Virus record (IMG/VR): IMGVR_UViG_3300028610_001199
Span: 1 to 50,786 of that record
Length of the DNA stretch: 50,786 nt
Source of the DNA: a virus
Taxonomy: Duplodnaviria; Caudoviricetes
Reading direction: 5' to 3' (one strand)
Part shown: positions 28,736 through 38,620 of the stretch, in pieces
How positions within the stretch are numbered: position 1 is the first letter of the stretch
How the letters are laid out: each line of letters starts with the position of its first letter
The notes under the pieces: generated by a model
Seen by the model: the letters and a program-made list of their open reading frames with translations, nothing else
Database searches by the model: none
What the model was told of the DNA's origin: nothing
Translations under genes and position numbers: made by a program

Positions 28736-29271
28736 GAAATATATTAACTTTATTAGTTTTATCAACTGGGGTGGTTTTTGGGCAAGATACAACTAAGGTA
28801 GTTATTTTTAAGACTAGTGCAAATGTTGAGATGAATTATACTCCTTCAGTATTTAAAATAGGTAGTGCTAGTGCAGACGGTAGTGCGTTACAAGTATCTG
28901 GTGGGGCGGGTAGGTTCTCTGGTGGGGGGCCTGGAATTACTAGCGGTAAAGGATTAGAACTTACATACGATTGGAAAGGTGGGTGGATTAATTCTGTTGA
29001 TAGAAATAGTGGGTTTATGTTAATGCCTTTATTTGTTAGCGCAAGTAAGTTCGCCATTAACGGTAATCAGATCGGGATTGGCCTCTCATCAGACTCTTCA
29101 ATAACTGCCAATTTAGATATTAAGGGCATTAATATTAGACTTAGATTGCCATCTACTCCTTTATCATCTGCTGCTAATGGGAATCAAGGTGAGATGAAGT
29201 GGGATACGAACTATTTTTATATTTGTGTTAGTGCCAATAATTGGAAAAGAATCCCTTTACAAAGTTTCTAG
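28729..29271 (+). CDS. Secreted phage-fibre-like protein
   Basis: Signal peptide MVRNILTLLVLSTGVVFG/QD; C-terminal GNQGEMKWDTNYFYICVSANNWKRIPL fibre motif. Confidence 0.75.
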   Translation: MVRNILTLLVLSTGVVFGQDTTKVVIFKTSANVEMNYTPSVFKIGSASADGSALQVSGGAGRFSGGGPGITSGKGLELTYDWKGGWINSVDRNSGFMLMPLFVSASKFAINGNQIGIGLSSDSSITANLDIKGINIRLRLPSTPLSSAANGNQGEMKWDTNYFYICVSANNWKRIPLQSF

Positions 29272-29280
29272 GTTAATACT

Positions 29281-29808
29281 ATGGTAAAATCAATAATTGC
29301 AGCTATATTTATATGGGCTAGTATAGGTTCTGGATGGTGCCAAGATACACTCCACGTTGCCCATGGAGATACTTTAAGACTATTAATAACCCCACCAACT
29401 AACTACAAGGATAATACGCCAATAGGCCAAGGTGTTATAGACTCTTTAAGATATAAATTCCTCCTATCTAAAGTAGGCGGTTTCTCTTGGGACGATATGG
29501 TTGACGGGAGATATAGATCTTATCTAGCAAAAAAAGAAAATAATAGTGTTGTTATTAATATAATTATTAATATATTGGGTAAGGATAGGATAGGAGTTAA
29601 GACTCAAGATACTATCAAGAGTAATCCTATTAAAGAAGGGTTGTACAAATTTACTGCTAGTGCGGCGGTTAACGATACTAGTGGGATTAGTGGTGGGGGT
29701 GGGATTAGATTGATATCTTTCCTGCCTGATGACCCAGACTTACCTTGGGAACCTTATCTGCCAAAAGGCAAGTCAAAAGTAGTCAATATAACAATTAACT
29801 TTTACTAA
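29281..29808 (+). CDS. Secreted Ig/FN3-like protein
   Basis: Signal peptide MVKSIIAAIFIWASIGSGWC/QD; PPTNYKDNTP and EGLYKFTASAAVNDTSG beta motifs. Confidence 0.65.
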   Translation: MVKSIIAAIFIWASIGSGWCQDTLHVAHGDTLRLLITPPTNYKDNTPIGQGVIDSLRYKFLLSKVGGFSWDDMVDGRYRSYLAKKENNSVVINIIINILGKDRIGVKTQDTIKSNPIKEGLYKFTASAAVNDTSGISGGGGIRLISFLPDDPDLPWEPYLPKGKSKVVNITINFY

Positions 29809-29818
29809 AGGAAGATCT

Positions 29819-30157
29819 ATGAGTAGGAAAGAAGTAGTAAAGAGAAATATTAAAGTCGATTATACCAGCGATGAGATTATGGTATTTAAGGCTAATATTG
29901 GTGTTACTGAATTTGAGATTATGGAACTTGAGGATGAAGCATCCCAGATTAAAGCTCCGATTAAAGATATGAAAGAAGCAAAGAAAGATCTTTATACTAA
30001 GATTAAGTTAGGTTTTAGATTTGAAGATGTAGATGTTATTGAATTTAAGAATTTTGAAGATAATATAATTGAGTATACCGATCCTATTACTGGTGAGTTG
30101 TTAGGCAAAAGAGATATGGTGTCTGGAGATCATCAACTTAGAATGGAAGTAGCTTAA
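29819..30157 (+). CDS. Conserved-type phage hypothetical protein
   Basis: Coiled coil then DPITGELLGKRDM..HQL; AAGGA SD. Confidence 0.7.
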   Translation: MSRKEVVKRNIKVDYTSDEIMVFKANIGVTEFEIMELEDEASQIKAPIKDMKEAKKDLYTKIKLGFRFEDVDVIEFKNFEDNIIEYTDPITGELLGKRDMVSGDHQLRMEVA

Positions 30158-30158
30158 G

Positions 30159-30728
30159 TTGGATTGGAAGAGTTATGATAAGGAGATCGGGGGTCTCCTT
30201 GATAGTTATAATAAGCTCCATTATTCAATAGAAGTACCATTTGTTATGATAACCATGAACAGACTAAAACAATTAAATCCAAGGTTTTGTAAGTATTCTA
30301 GCCTGGTATTGGGTGGTGTTTTTATGGCTATACATTATGGACTTACTCTTAGAGAAGGCAATGGAGTTATTCTTAATAAAGAGAACGCTGAAGAGTTAGG
30401 ATTTCCATTTGAAGCATATAGAAGACGTATAAGGGCGAAAAGGGTAGGCGATCGCAAGTCACTGCCACCCATCCCTAAAGACTTCTTTATACCGCAAAAA
30501 GAGAAAGAGAAAAAAGGAGATAAGGGTCCATTTATTATTAAGATACATGAAACCCGTGTCGCTAGTACTGATTGTGATGGTAGTAGTTACAAAGCTTTAA
30601 TAGACGCCTTGAGATATTGTGGTGTTATTTACGATGACGACAAGAAACATGTTAAATATATATTCAGCAAGTCAGTAAAAGATAGAAGCAAAGAAGAATC
30701 AACTTTAATCAGTATATGGAGAAAATAG
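30159..30728 (+). CDS. rusA: RusA-like Holliday junction resolvase
   Basis: DCDG..YKALIDALRYCGVIYDDD catalytic pattern. Confidence 0.7.
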   Translation: MDWKSYDKEIGGLLDSYNKLHYSIEVPFVMITMNRLKQLNPRFCKYSSLVLGGVFMAIHYGLTLREGNGVILNKENAEELGFPFEAYRRRIRAKRVGDRKSLPPIPKDFFIPQKEKEKKGDKGPFIIKIHETRVASTDCDGSSYKALIDALRYCGVIYDDDKKHVKYIFSKSVKDRSKEESTLISIWRK

Positions 30729-30911
30729 ATGGTACTAGTATTATCATTATCATTAATATCGTCCATTGGCTTGCTTTATTTCCACTATGAGATGATGTTT
30801 GAAATTGCCTATTATGAACAAAAACTAAGAAATCACAATATAAAAGATTCTGTTCAAGGAAAGACTTTATGGGCTCTACTTAATAGAAAGGAAGATAATG
30901 AGAGATTCTGA
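30729..30911 (+). CDS. Small membrane protein
   Basis: Hydrophobic N-terminus; GGAG SD. Confidence 0.55.
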   Translation: MVLVLSLSLISSIGLLYFHYEMMFEIAYYEQKLRNHNIKDSVQGKTLWALLNRKEDNERF

Positions 30912-31239
30912 TACTGAGATAGCTAAAATAAAAGAATATCAAGACTCTGATACGGTTGAAGCGCAACTAAGGAATATATTGGAAATTTATAAAGATAGAA
31001 TTGCAGAAAAAATAACATTAGAATTTGAATGTGCCATAGAGCGGAGCAAGTTCCATGGTTATGCGCACTATACCCCTAGAGATACTTTTGCTTCACTTAT
31101 TTTTATGAGAGATAAACTAGATGATGACAGTTGTGATGTAGCTAATCAAATAGAAACTCTTAAGGATGATTTAAACCATAGAATTAAATACACAAAAGAT
31201 GCTAAAAAAGACTATGTAAATGGAGAAAATGATGAGTGA
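30898..31239 (+). CDS. Helical hypothetical protein
   Basis: 113 aa; AAGGA SD. Confidence 0.6.
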   Translation: MRDSDTEIAKIKEYQDSDTVEAQLRNILEIYKDRIAEKITLEFECAIERSKFHGYAHYTPRDTFASLIFMRDKLDDDSCDVANQIETLKDDLNHRIKYTKDAKKDYVNGENDE

Positions 31240-31648
31240 TTATAAAAGGTTCCCAGAAGGGTCTACTAAAATAACTATCCTTGGCAAGCTATGGAAGGAT
31301 ATTGAAGTTAATGATTATGGCGGCAAGGTAGCTTTAGTAAATAGCCCTTATAGTGGGGGTAAAGGTGATCCAGTTAGTTTGTTTTATGATATATATATTA
31401 GTGAAAAAGAAGTAGAGAGAATGGGTAAATTGGGAGTTGGTAAAGGCTCAAAGCTCTTAGTTACTTGCAATGTTACAGGATACCTTGGCAACGGGGAAAA
31501 GTACGCAAGACATAACTATAAAGCTGTAGATATCCACGTTGAATGGGTTCGTAAGGATGATAAGCAAGCTAATAGTCCAGAAGTTGTAGAAGAAGTTGAT
31601 GATGGTGAATCTGATGATGATAGTGGGGGAGATAGCCTTCCATTTTGA
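31220..31648 (+). CDS. ssb: Single-stranded DNA-binding protein
   Basis: ITILGKL, KGSKLLV OB-fold pattern; acidic tail ending DSLPF. Confidence 0.85.
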   Translation: MEKMMSDYKRFPEGSTKITILGKLWKDIEVNDYGGKVALVNSPYSGGKGDPVSLFYDIYISEKEVERMGKLGVGKGSKLLVTCNVTGYLGNGEKYARHNYKAVDIHVEWVRKDDKQANSPEVVEEVDDGESDDDSGGDSLPF

Positions 31649-32169
31649 GTAAAACTAGAAAAGATTTAACACAAAAATATTTAAAAAGTATACTTGACTA
31701 TGATTCTACCACTGGGATTTTTCTTTGGAAAGAAACTAGATCTCAGAGAGCTCGTATTGGAGATCAGGCTGGAACAGTAGATAAGTATGGGTATAATGTG
31801 ATAAATATAGATGGGTATCCTAGGAGAGCACATAGATTGGCATGGCTTTATGTTAAAGGGCATTGGCCAAATGGAGATATCGATCATATAAATCAATCAA
31901 AATATGATAATAGGATTGATAATCTAAGAGACGTAGATCATGCTGTGAATGGGAGAAACCAATTAATAAATAAAAATAATACAAGTGGTTTTGCTGGTGT
32001 ATGTTGGAATAAGAAAAGTAAAAAATGGGAAGCTTCAATAATGGTAAATTATAAAACAATGCACTTAGGACGCTTTACCAATAAAGAAGATGCTATTAAT
32101 GCTAGGAAGCAAGCCAATATTAAACATAATTTCCACCCTAACCACGGGACTAAGAAAGTAGGTGTGTAA
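31645..32169 (+). CDS. HNH homing endonuclease with AP2 domain
   Basis: AHRLAWLY..IDHINQSKYDNRIDNLR; NNTSGFAGVCW..KWEASI..HLGRF. Confidence 0.92.
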   Translation: MSKTRKDLTQKYLKSILDYDSTTGIFLWKETRSQRARIGDQAGTVDKYGYNVINIDGYPRRAHRLAWLYVKGHWPNGDIDHINQSKYDNRIDNLRDVDHAVNGRNQLINKNNTSGFAGVCWNKKSKKWEASIMVNYKTMHLGRFTNKEDAINARKQANIKHNFHPNHGTKKVGV

Positions 32170-32171
32170 TT

Positions 32172-32315
32172 TTGAAAGTCTGGGATGATTTTGTAGACAA
32201 TATTATTACAGCCTGGAACGACTTTAAAGATAATGTAGAAACAGAAGAAGTAGAAGACCCTAATAATCAAGTTGACGAGCCCGACTTTAGCAGTAACGAA
32301 GAAGATACGGAGTAA
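32172..32315 (+). CDS. 47-aa acidic peptide
   Basis: TTG start; fills the gap; very D/E-rich. Confidence 0.5.
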   Translation: MKVWDDFVDNIITAWNDFKDNVETEEVEDPNNQVDEPDFSSNEEDTE

Positions 32316-32320
32316 GTATT

Positions 32321-33166
32321 ATGGTAATTAGACCTAGTTGGCAGTTAAGTGAAGATTGTATAGATGTGAGGATCACGCCTACAGGTAATAATTGGGAGCA
32401 ATGGGTGTTGTTACGTGGGGATGCCCATTGGGATAACCCTTGTAATAATAATGATCTGGAGATGGCCCACCTAAAGCAAGCTAAAGAGCGAGATGCGCTT
32501 ATATTTGATGTTGGTGATATGGTTTGTGGGATGCAGGGTAAAGGTGATCCAAGAGCTAATTTATATGATTTAAAACCTGAACATAAAGGTGGGAATTACT
32601 TAGATCTTTTATGTACTACTACTGCTGCTAGGTATGAGCCATATAAAGAGAATTGGGTTATGCTAGCGCAAGGAAACCATGAGAGTGGGATACTAAAGCG
32701 TAAAGAAACAGATATAACTCAAAGGGTAGTTGATATCATCAATTATACTGGCGGGAATATGATAAATGGGCAATTTTTTGGTGCTGTAAGGTTTATATTT
32801 TATAAACGTAACAGTATTAATATGTTTTATTCCCATACCCCTGGAGTTGGTGGTAAGGCTACTAAGGGAACTAGTTCAGTACCTTATAGAGCTGGGTATT
32901 ATCCTGATGCAGATATTGTATGGAGTGGGGATATCCACGACACTTGGCATATGACCCATGGGAGAGTAAAGTTATTACCTAATGGGAAAATGAAACTATG
33001 CAGACAAGACCATATCATTACATCTACTTATAAAGATGAGTTTACAGCCAAAAGAGCTGGATTCCATCATGAGAAGGCGCGTGGACCTAAACCATTAGGA
33101 GCTTATTGGTTAAGGTTCTATCGTAAGGATAAACGTATAGATTATGATATTATACAGGCTAAATAA
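32321..33166 (+). CDS. Calcineurin-like metallophosphoesterase
   Basis: GDAHWD, VGD, GNHE and GDIHD metal-binding motifs. Confidence 0.88.
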   Translation: MVIRPSWQLSEDCIDVRITPTGNNWEQWVLLRGDAHWDNPCNNNDLEMAHLKQAKERDALIFDVGDMVCGMQGKGDPRANLYDLKPEHKGGNYLDLLCTTTAARYEPYKENWVMLAQGNHESGILKRKETDITQRVVDIINYTGGNMINGQFFGAVRFIFYKRNSINMFYSHTPGVGGKATKGTSSVPYRAGYYPDADIVWSGDIHDTWHMTHGRVKLLPNGKMKLCRQDHIITSTYKDEFTAKRAGFHHEKARGPKPLGAYWLRFYRKDKRIDYDIIQAK

Positions 33167-33169
33167 TAT

Positions 33170-33460
33170 ATGGATCTACTAGAAGAAGAATATATATGGA
33201 TGAGTGTTAATAGTAGTGAAGAAGAGTTAATTGAGTTTACTCTAGACGAAGAAGAACATCTAATCTACATGTACCTTAGCGATAACGCTACTGACTATAT
33301 TATAGTTAAAAAAGGATATTTTCTTATTGATGGCGAGAAGGTATTTGAATTGCCCGAAGATGAGATCGAACTAGACGATGATAGAGTCTATACTATATCT
33401 CAAATAGGCAAACCCATCCATTATCTTGATATAGATTTTCTAGATAGAAAAAGGAACTAA
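33170..33460 (+). CDS. Highly acidic hypothetical protein
   Basis: E/D-rich, 96 aa. Confidence 0.6.
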   Translation: MDLLEEEYIWMSVNSSEEELIEFTLDEEEHLIYMYLSDNATDYIIVKKGYFLIDGEKVFELPEDEIELDDDRVYTISQIGKPIHYLDIDFLDRKRN

Positions 33461-33475
33461 TTAATAGGAGTTGTT

Positions 33476-33646
33476 ATGGGCAAGTATCGAAGCATTAGCG
33501 AAGGGAAGGTGATCTTTAAGTCTATCCTACCGAAACTGAAGGATAATCCAACTATAACTGTACTTATTGCTGCCCTAGTAATATTGTATCTTCTAGGCTA
33601 CTTAACGGATGAAGTCTTCTTCTCTCTCATAAGTTCCCTTCCCTAA
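33476..33646 (+). CDS. 56-aa membrane protein (holin candidate)
   Basis: AGGAG SD; TM segment ITVLIAALVILYLLGYL; last gene of the unit. Confidence 0.5.
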   Translation: MGKYRSISEGKVIFKSILPKLKDNPTITVLIAALVILYLLGYLTDEVFFSLISSLP

Positions 33647-33682
33647 TCCCTACCTTTAGATTGTAGGGGGATATTTTTCCCC

Positions 33683-33711
33683 TTGCAATTCTCCTTTCCC
33701 TATCTTATATT
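33683..33711 (+). promoter_or_regulatory. sigma70-type promoter, preceded by a CCCTAC/GTAGGG hairpin (probable terminator)
   Basis: TTGCAA-N17-TATATT upstream of the AAGGAG SD of 33742. Confidence 0.65.
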
Positions 33712-33741
33712 CTCCTAACTACTAATCAAAGGAGATAATTA

Positions 33742-34194
33742 ATGGGTACAAAATTCAAAGTCGGTGACAAGGTCATGGTAACAGATCCTATGTATGCAGA
33801 AGATATTATATATTGTAATAAAGTTTTTACTGTTAATAATGTAGATGATGCTGGAGATTGTTATGTAGATGAGAATGATGATATATGGATTGAGAGTGAA
33901 TTGACTAAAGTAGAAGAGAAGAAACCTATGGAAGAAAACTATGCTATATTACTAGCAGGTGTGTTGGTTAGAGAAAGTAATTTAAAGAAGGAATTAGAAG
34001 AATTAAAAGAAGAATTAAGGAGATCAGACCAAAGTAACACGGATCTTAGAAAACACCTAGAAAGTGAAGACTGTAAAAAGTGTAAGGAATTGGAAGTAGT
34101 GGTTGATGCTTATAAGAGAAAAGTAATTCGATTAGATAGTGAAAAAAATATGTGGTTTAGGGAATATCAAGATTTAAAGGAGACCTTTAGATGA
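33742..34194 (+). CDS. SH3/KOW-like domain + coiled-coil protein
   Basis: KFKVGDKVMV...WIESELTKV followed by heptads. Confidence 0.65.
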   Translation: MGTKFKVGDKVMVTDPMYAEDIIYCNKVFTVNNVDDAGDCYVDENDDIWIESELTKVEEKKPMEENYAILLAGVLVRESNLKKELEELKEELRRSDQSNTDLRKHLESEDCKKCKELEVVVDAYKRKVIRLDSEKNMWFREYQDLKETFR

Positions 34195-34484
34195 AGGTAA
34201 TTAATAAGAAAATTATAGTAGAGAACTTTGTAGTAGCAAGAGAAGCTACGGAGAATGGGATTATAACGCTAGGTGTAGTAGATCTTGGATATGGCATAGG
34301 CGTTATCTATGCGGGTGATGAGAAGGCAATGGAAGGAAATGGTTTGGCTGTAGGGGATATGGTATACTATCCTATAGGCGGCGGTATTGAAGAATTTGAC
34401 TATGATGGTAAGGATTTAACTGTTCTCCATGTGAATGCTATTATGGGGAAGAAGGAAGGGGTAGATGAATATGGAAAAGATTGA
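34191..34484 (+). CDS. groES: GroES-like co-chaperonin
   Basis: MKVINKKIIVE..TENGII..GVIYAG..LAVGDMVYY..EFDYDGKDLTVL..AIMG. Confidence 0.75.
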   Translation: MKVINKKIIVENFVVAREATENGIITLGVVDLGYGIGVIYAGDEKAMEGNGLAVGDMVYYPIGGGIEEFDYDGKDLTVLHVNAIMGKKEGVDEYGKD

Positions 34485-34665
34485 GCTAAACATGTTTGGT
34501 CCAAGCCCTTCTATAGAAGAAGTTATTGATAAGGTTCGTTTCCATAATATAGTTAAAATTGAACGATGTAGAGCTGAAGATGAAAATATTATAGCTATGA
34601 CATTGTCTAGATACCATAAATTACTAGAGAAACTGGCAGAAGGGGTTATAGATAATGAAATATAG
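34465..34665 (+). CDS. Hypothetical protein
   Basis: Overlapping operon ORF. Confidence 0.55.
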   Translation: MNMEKIELNMFGPSPSIEEVIDKVRFHNIVKIERCRAEDENIIAMTLSRYHKLLEKLAEGVIDNEI

Positions 34666-35116
34666 AGAAAAGAAGTCTTATAAATATGTGGTAGAAGAAA
34701 CCTATATCAAGGAATTACACTTAGACGAATATCCTAATTTAGATAGAGAATGTGATGGAGTGGGTAGTATGGCGCTAGAGAATGCTTTTGGTGAAAGATT
34801 AGGTGGTATTTGTCGATATGCTGGGACCCGTTGCAGTACTATGAGTATACAAGTTAATCCTGGGTATACTTGGGATGGGTGCAGCGGCCCAACTGTAGAT
34901 ACGGCTAACACTATGGCAGCTGGCCTCGTCCATGACTTCCTTTACCAGATGGTTAGAGAAGGAATCATATCCAAAGACTGCAAAGAAGATATTGACAATC
35001 TATTCCATAGTATATTAAGAGAATGTGGGGTAATCAAGATTAGGGCTTGGTATTACCATGAAGCTGTGAAGAGATTCGGCCACAGTAGTCTAGAATCAAA
35101 AGTTATAGAAGTCTAG
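34655..35116 (+). CDS. DUF1353-family protein
   Basis: PGYTWDGCSGP..AGLVHDFLYQ..DNLF..AVKRFG. Confidence 0.8.
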   Translation: MKYREKKSYKYVVEETYIKELHLDEYPNLDRECDGVGSMALENAFGERLGGICRYAGTRCSTMSIQVNPGYTWDGCSGPTVDTANTMAAGLVHDFLYQMVREGIISKDCKEDIDNLFHSILRECGVIKIRAWYYHEAVKRFGHSSLESKVIEV

Positions 35117-35118
35117 CT

Positions 35119-35773
35119 ATGGGAGAATTATATGAAGAAGATAAAGTTTTTATCGAGCTAACTAAGTCTATCAAAGGAGATGATGACGATTACTACCTAT
35201 TCCTACTAAAGTCTTATCAAGCTACTAATAGCATTGATCTAGTTAGGGATTTAATTGAAGATAGATACTCCCAAAACAAGGGTAATAATTTTAAAGGAAA
35301 TGTATAGCTATGGTAGGAATTAAATATAAGTTAGTTTGTGATGGGACTGATATCTATGGTAGTGGTGAGCAAATTATTGTCTATGAGAAAGGTTGTAGTC
35401 GATATAACGATCTAATAGCTAGTGTAGATAATAATGATATTGTTACTAAATGTAGATATGTAGCTCGGATTTTTGGATCTTATAATACCACTAGGACATA
35501 CTATATCTTAGTAGGAGAGAGTATAACTGTCGAAGGAACTACTTATTTAGGAGTTGAATAATTATGGATATGACTGATAATTATGAGTTTGCTTTATTCT
35601 CGTTTATAGTTAAATATGGGGAATGGTGGGTTGATTTAGCTAGAATTGATATTCCTTGCTTTAATGGGGCGTTATTTGGGATAGCTTTTCAATATGGTGA
35701 ATTAGATTATTTCGATATATTGTATCTAGGACAATTCACTTGGCATAAGAAGAAAAAGGAGAAAGAAGAATAA
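35119..35773 (+). other. Three small hypothetical CDSs (35119-35307, 35310-35561, 35564-35773)
   Basis: Contiguous ORFs with 2-nt gaps. Confidence 0.6.
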
Positions 35774-36393
35774 TGGGACCGTTTATAAATAAACTATATG
35801 AAGATTGTTGGAAAGAGAATCAGAAGCTCCATAAAAAGATTGCTGAACTAGAAACTAGTCGTAACTCTTTTAAGGAAATGGTTAAAAGGTATAAGACTAA
35901 AAATGAGTCTATGGGAATTGGTATAAGGAACCTTGAATTACTTAATCGGGAGAAAATTGAAGAATTGGAAGAGTATATTGAAGCAGTAGAAACAGATCGG
36001 GAGTACTATAAAAATGGGAGTGGTTTAAAACAAGCTGAGTTTACAATAGAAGTCCTTAAAAAGGATATTGAAGGGTTAAAAGAGCGACTAAACGAGAGAA
36101 GTTCTATTAAAGAAGATTATCAACTAGAAGAAATAGAAAGGTTAAATGGTACTATAAGGCACCAACGAGAAGAGATGGAAAGGATGGTGGACAGGGGGAA
36201 TGAAGTTATAGAAGGACTAGAAGAAGAAAGGGATAAACTCCTAGGTGCTATCCATGGCAATCGAGTTGATACTGAGAAGTTAGAAGCCCTTGAGTTGGAG
36301 AATAAGGATCTATATGACGCTGTTGATGATTTAGAAGATATGAATAAGATACTATTAATCCATTTACGAAGGATAGAAGGAGAAGGTAAGTGA
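35773..36393 (+). CDS. Long coiled-coil protein
   Basis: Continuous heptads, 206 aa. Confidence 0.7.
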   Translation: MGPFINKLYEDCWKENQKLHKKIAELETSRNSFKEMVKRYKTKNESMGIGIRNLELLNREKIEELEEYIEAVETDREYYKNGSGLKQAEFTIEVLKKDIEGLKERLNERSSIKEDYQLEEIERLNGTIRHQREEMERMVDRGNEVIEGLEEERDKLLGAIHGNRVDTEKLEALELENKDLYDAVDDLEDMNKILLIHLRRIEGEGK

Positions 36394-37113
36394 AAAAGTA
36401 TTCTGTCAAGAAATCTGAGTTAGAAGATGGTGTGGCGATAGACGTAGGTGATGGTGTGGGAATTGAAGAATTAATGGATCTAGTTACTAAACAATATGGT
36501 AGACATAATTGGTATGAGATTCATATAGTTGAAGATGCTAACATCCCTGGTTGGTATAATACCTTAAGTTATATCTCCAATAAGGAATATGTGGCGAAGG
36601 CAAAGGAGAGAAGATATAGCTTGGAAGATTTACTTAAAGAGACCCCACCTGGAAAACAGATAAAACATTTAAAGGGAGAGATTCAGAAAGGGAAGGATAA
36701 ATAATGGAATGGAAAGATCAGCAGTTGATTAACCTTGCAAAAGAGAAGAAAAATGCTACGGAACAAAACGAGAGACTATTTGACGAGGTTACTAGACTTA
36801 AGGAGAGAATAGAAGAAGTAGAGATGGAAAATAGAGTCCATTTAATTACTATGAAAGCATATATTACTTATATAATGGAGATAGAAGAATAATGGTAATT
36901 AAATATTTCTATGAGTTTAATGAAGATGGAGATGGTGGGGAACATTTCAATGTGACTGTTGATGATGAAGAATTCGTTGACCTTTATTCTCCCGTTGAAG
37001 ATAAAGAGATACTAGGTGTTATTGAAACTTTGATGGGACTTGTAAAGATGGCTTATGCTGCTGGTAAAGCTGGGGAAGAATTAGAGTTTATTGAAGAAAC
37101 AAAAGGATTGTAA
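36390..37113 (+). other. Three hypothetical CDSs (36390-36704, 36704-36892, 36892-37113)
   Basis: Coupled stop/start junctions with SDs. Confidence 0.65.
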
Positions 37114-37119
37114 GATAAC

Positions 37120-37156
37120 GGGGCAATTAAGGGGTCGCAAAAACTCCCTAAGCCCC
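37120..37156. terminator. Hairpin between convergent blocks
   Basis: GGGGC..TTAAGGGGT / ACTCCCTAA-GCCCC. Confidence 0.5.
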
Positions 37157-37163
37157 ATACTCC

Positions 37164-38620
37164 TTATACCTTCTTACCTTCCCGACTCCCACAACATTTC
37201 AAACATAGTAGTATTTTCTCTCCTACGTTACCAAAGAATTCAATCTCATCAACATTATCTACTACTAGGAATTGTTTGCTATTCTTATCAGTCTTACCAC
37301 AAGATTGGCAAGATAAGCCTTTATACTCTTTATCTAGGTACTTATTCAAATTATCCGTATCGTAATTCTTCATCAGTTCCATTAATTTCGACGTCCTTAT
37401 CATATTTAATTGCTTGTATTTCAAGTAGGTTAATTGTATAGTATACAAACCCACCAGCACTAGAGTCTGGATCTGGGTCTGTAAGTATTTGTATTTCAGC
37501 TATTCTTCTATCTGGATACTTCCTTTCTATGTAGGTTATAATATCTTCAACTTCAAACCCACTATCAACCCATACTCTCTTGGTCTTACTAAGATGGTTC
37601 TTTCTAGTAAACTCCCCCATCAACATTAGTCGGATTCTAGTTAAACGTGAATAGTCTCTAACCATTATTATAAATCGCCGTAATAGGTTCTGGAACTATA
37701 GGTAATATCTTAGCAGTCTCTTTACAATATTTTAGCCATCGTCGATAAGCTCCAGGGCAAGCTATACCTTTCTTTCTACTCTTCTTTTGTCGTTTTCTCA
37801 TTATCTCCCCCATTATTATTTCCCGTAAAAGAATCCCATTGTTCCAGGAAGAGTTTTAGGGCATCTTTAGTGGATTCAGGTGAAGGTATTACAATATTAC
37901 CAGAGACCCTATTCAATACATCAATATCGATCGGGCCAAAGTTTATACCCTGGTTAAGGTTAAATGCCGCTTCCCCTAGATTAATTCCATAATCAGCAGG
38001 ACCGTAGTATACTCTATTCTTTTTCTTAGCAATTCTCTGGTTAGATTTAATAAGGTTGCGTTTCTTAATATTCATATTTACCCCCCATTATGTAAAGGTA
38101 GTCGTTGACTTTAGCGCGGTCATTACGTTTAGCAGCAGCACGACTTTCCATAGTATTACCCCTATCACTAGGACCACCCAATTTAGCAAGTGTACGATCA
38201 AAACTGTTCCGATCTCTCTGTTCTTCTAATTCTTTCTGTCTATTACCCCCAATTGCTTCACCCAACGTTTCTTCTAATTCCCTTACAGTTGCTTTAAATA
38301 TACAATAATCCCACCTAAGACCACCAAAATCCTTCATACCGCCAGTATAGTGAGCTATCTTATGATTTATATCTTGTAGTATTCCTGGATGGAATTCCTT
38401 TAATTGTTGAATAACATCGATTCTACGTTCTAATTCAGTCATTATCTTTTATCCTTTAACTAGTATATATTCTTAGAAAAGATAGGAGAACAAAAAGATT
38501 CATCCCTATCGCTATTAAAAAGATATTAAAACGTTTAACTTTATCTTCATCTAGTATAAGTACTAGAAACGCAGTAGATATAGGCATACACACAAAATAC
38601 ATAAATACTGCCGCTACCAT
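37164..38620 (-). other. Leftward small-gene block: 37164-~37403 (Zn ribbon), 37351-37665, 37658-37801, 37776-38075, 38065-38442, 38456-38620 (2-TM)
   Basis: Overlapping or coupled minus-strand ORFs with SDs. Confidence 0.6.
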
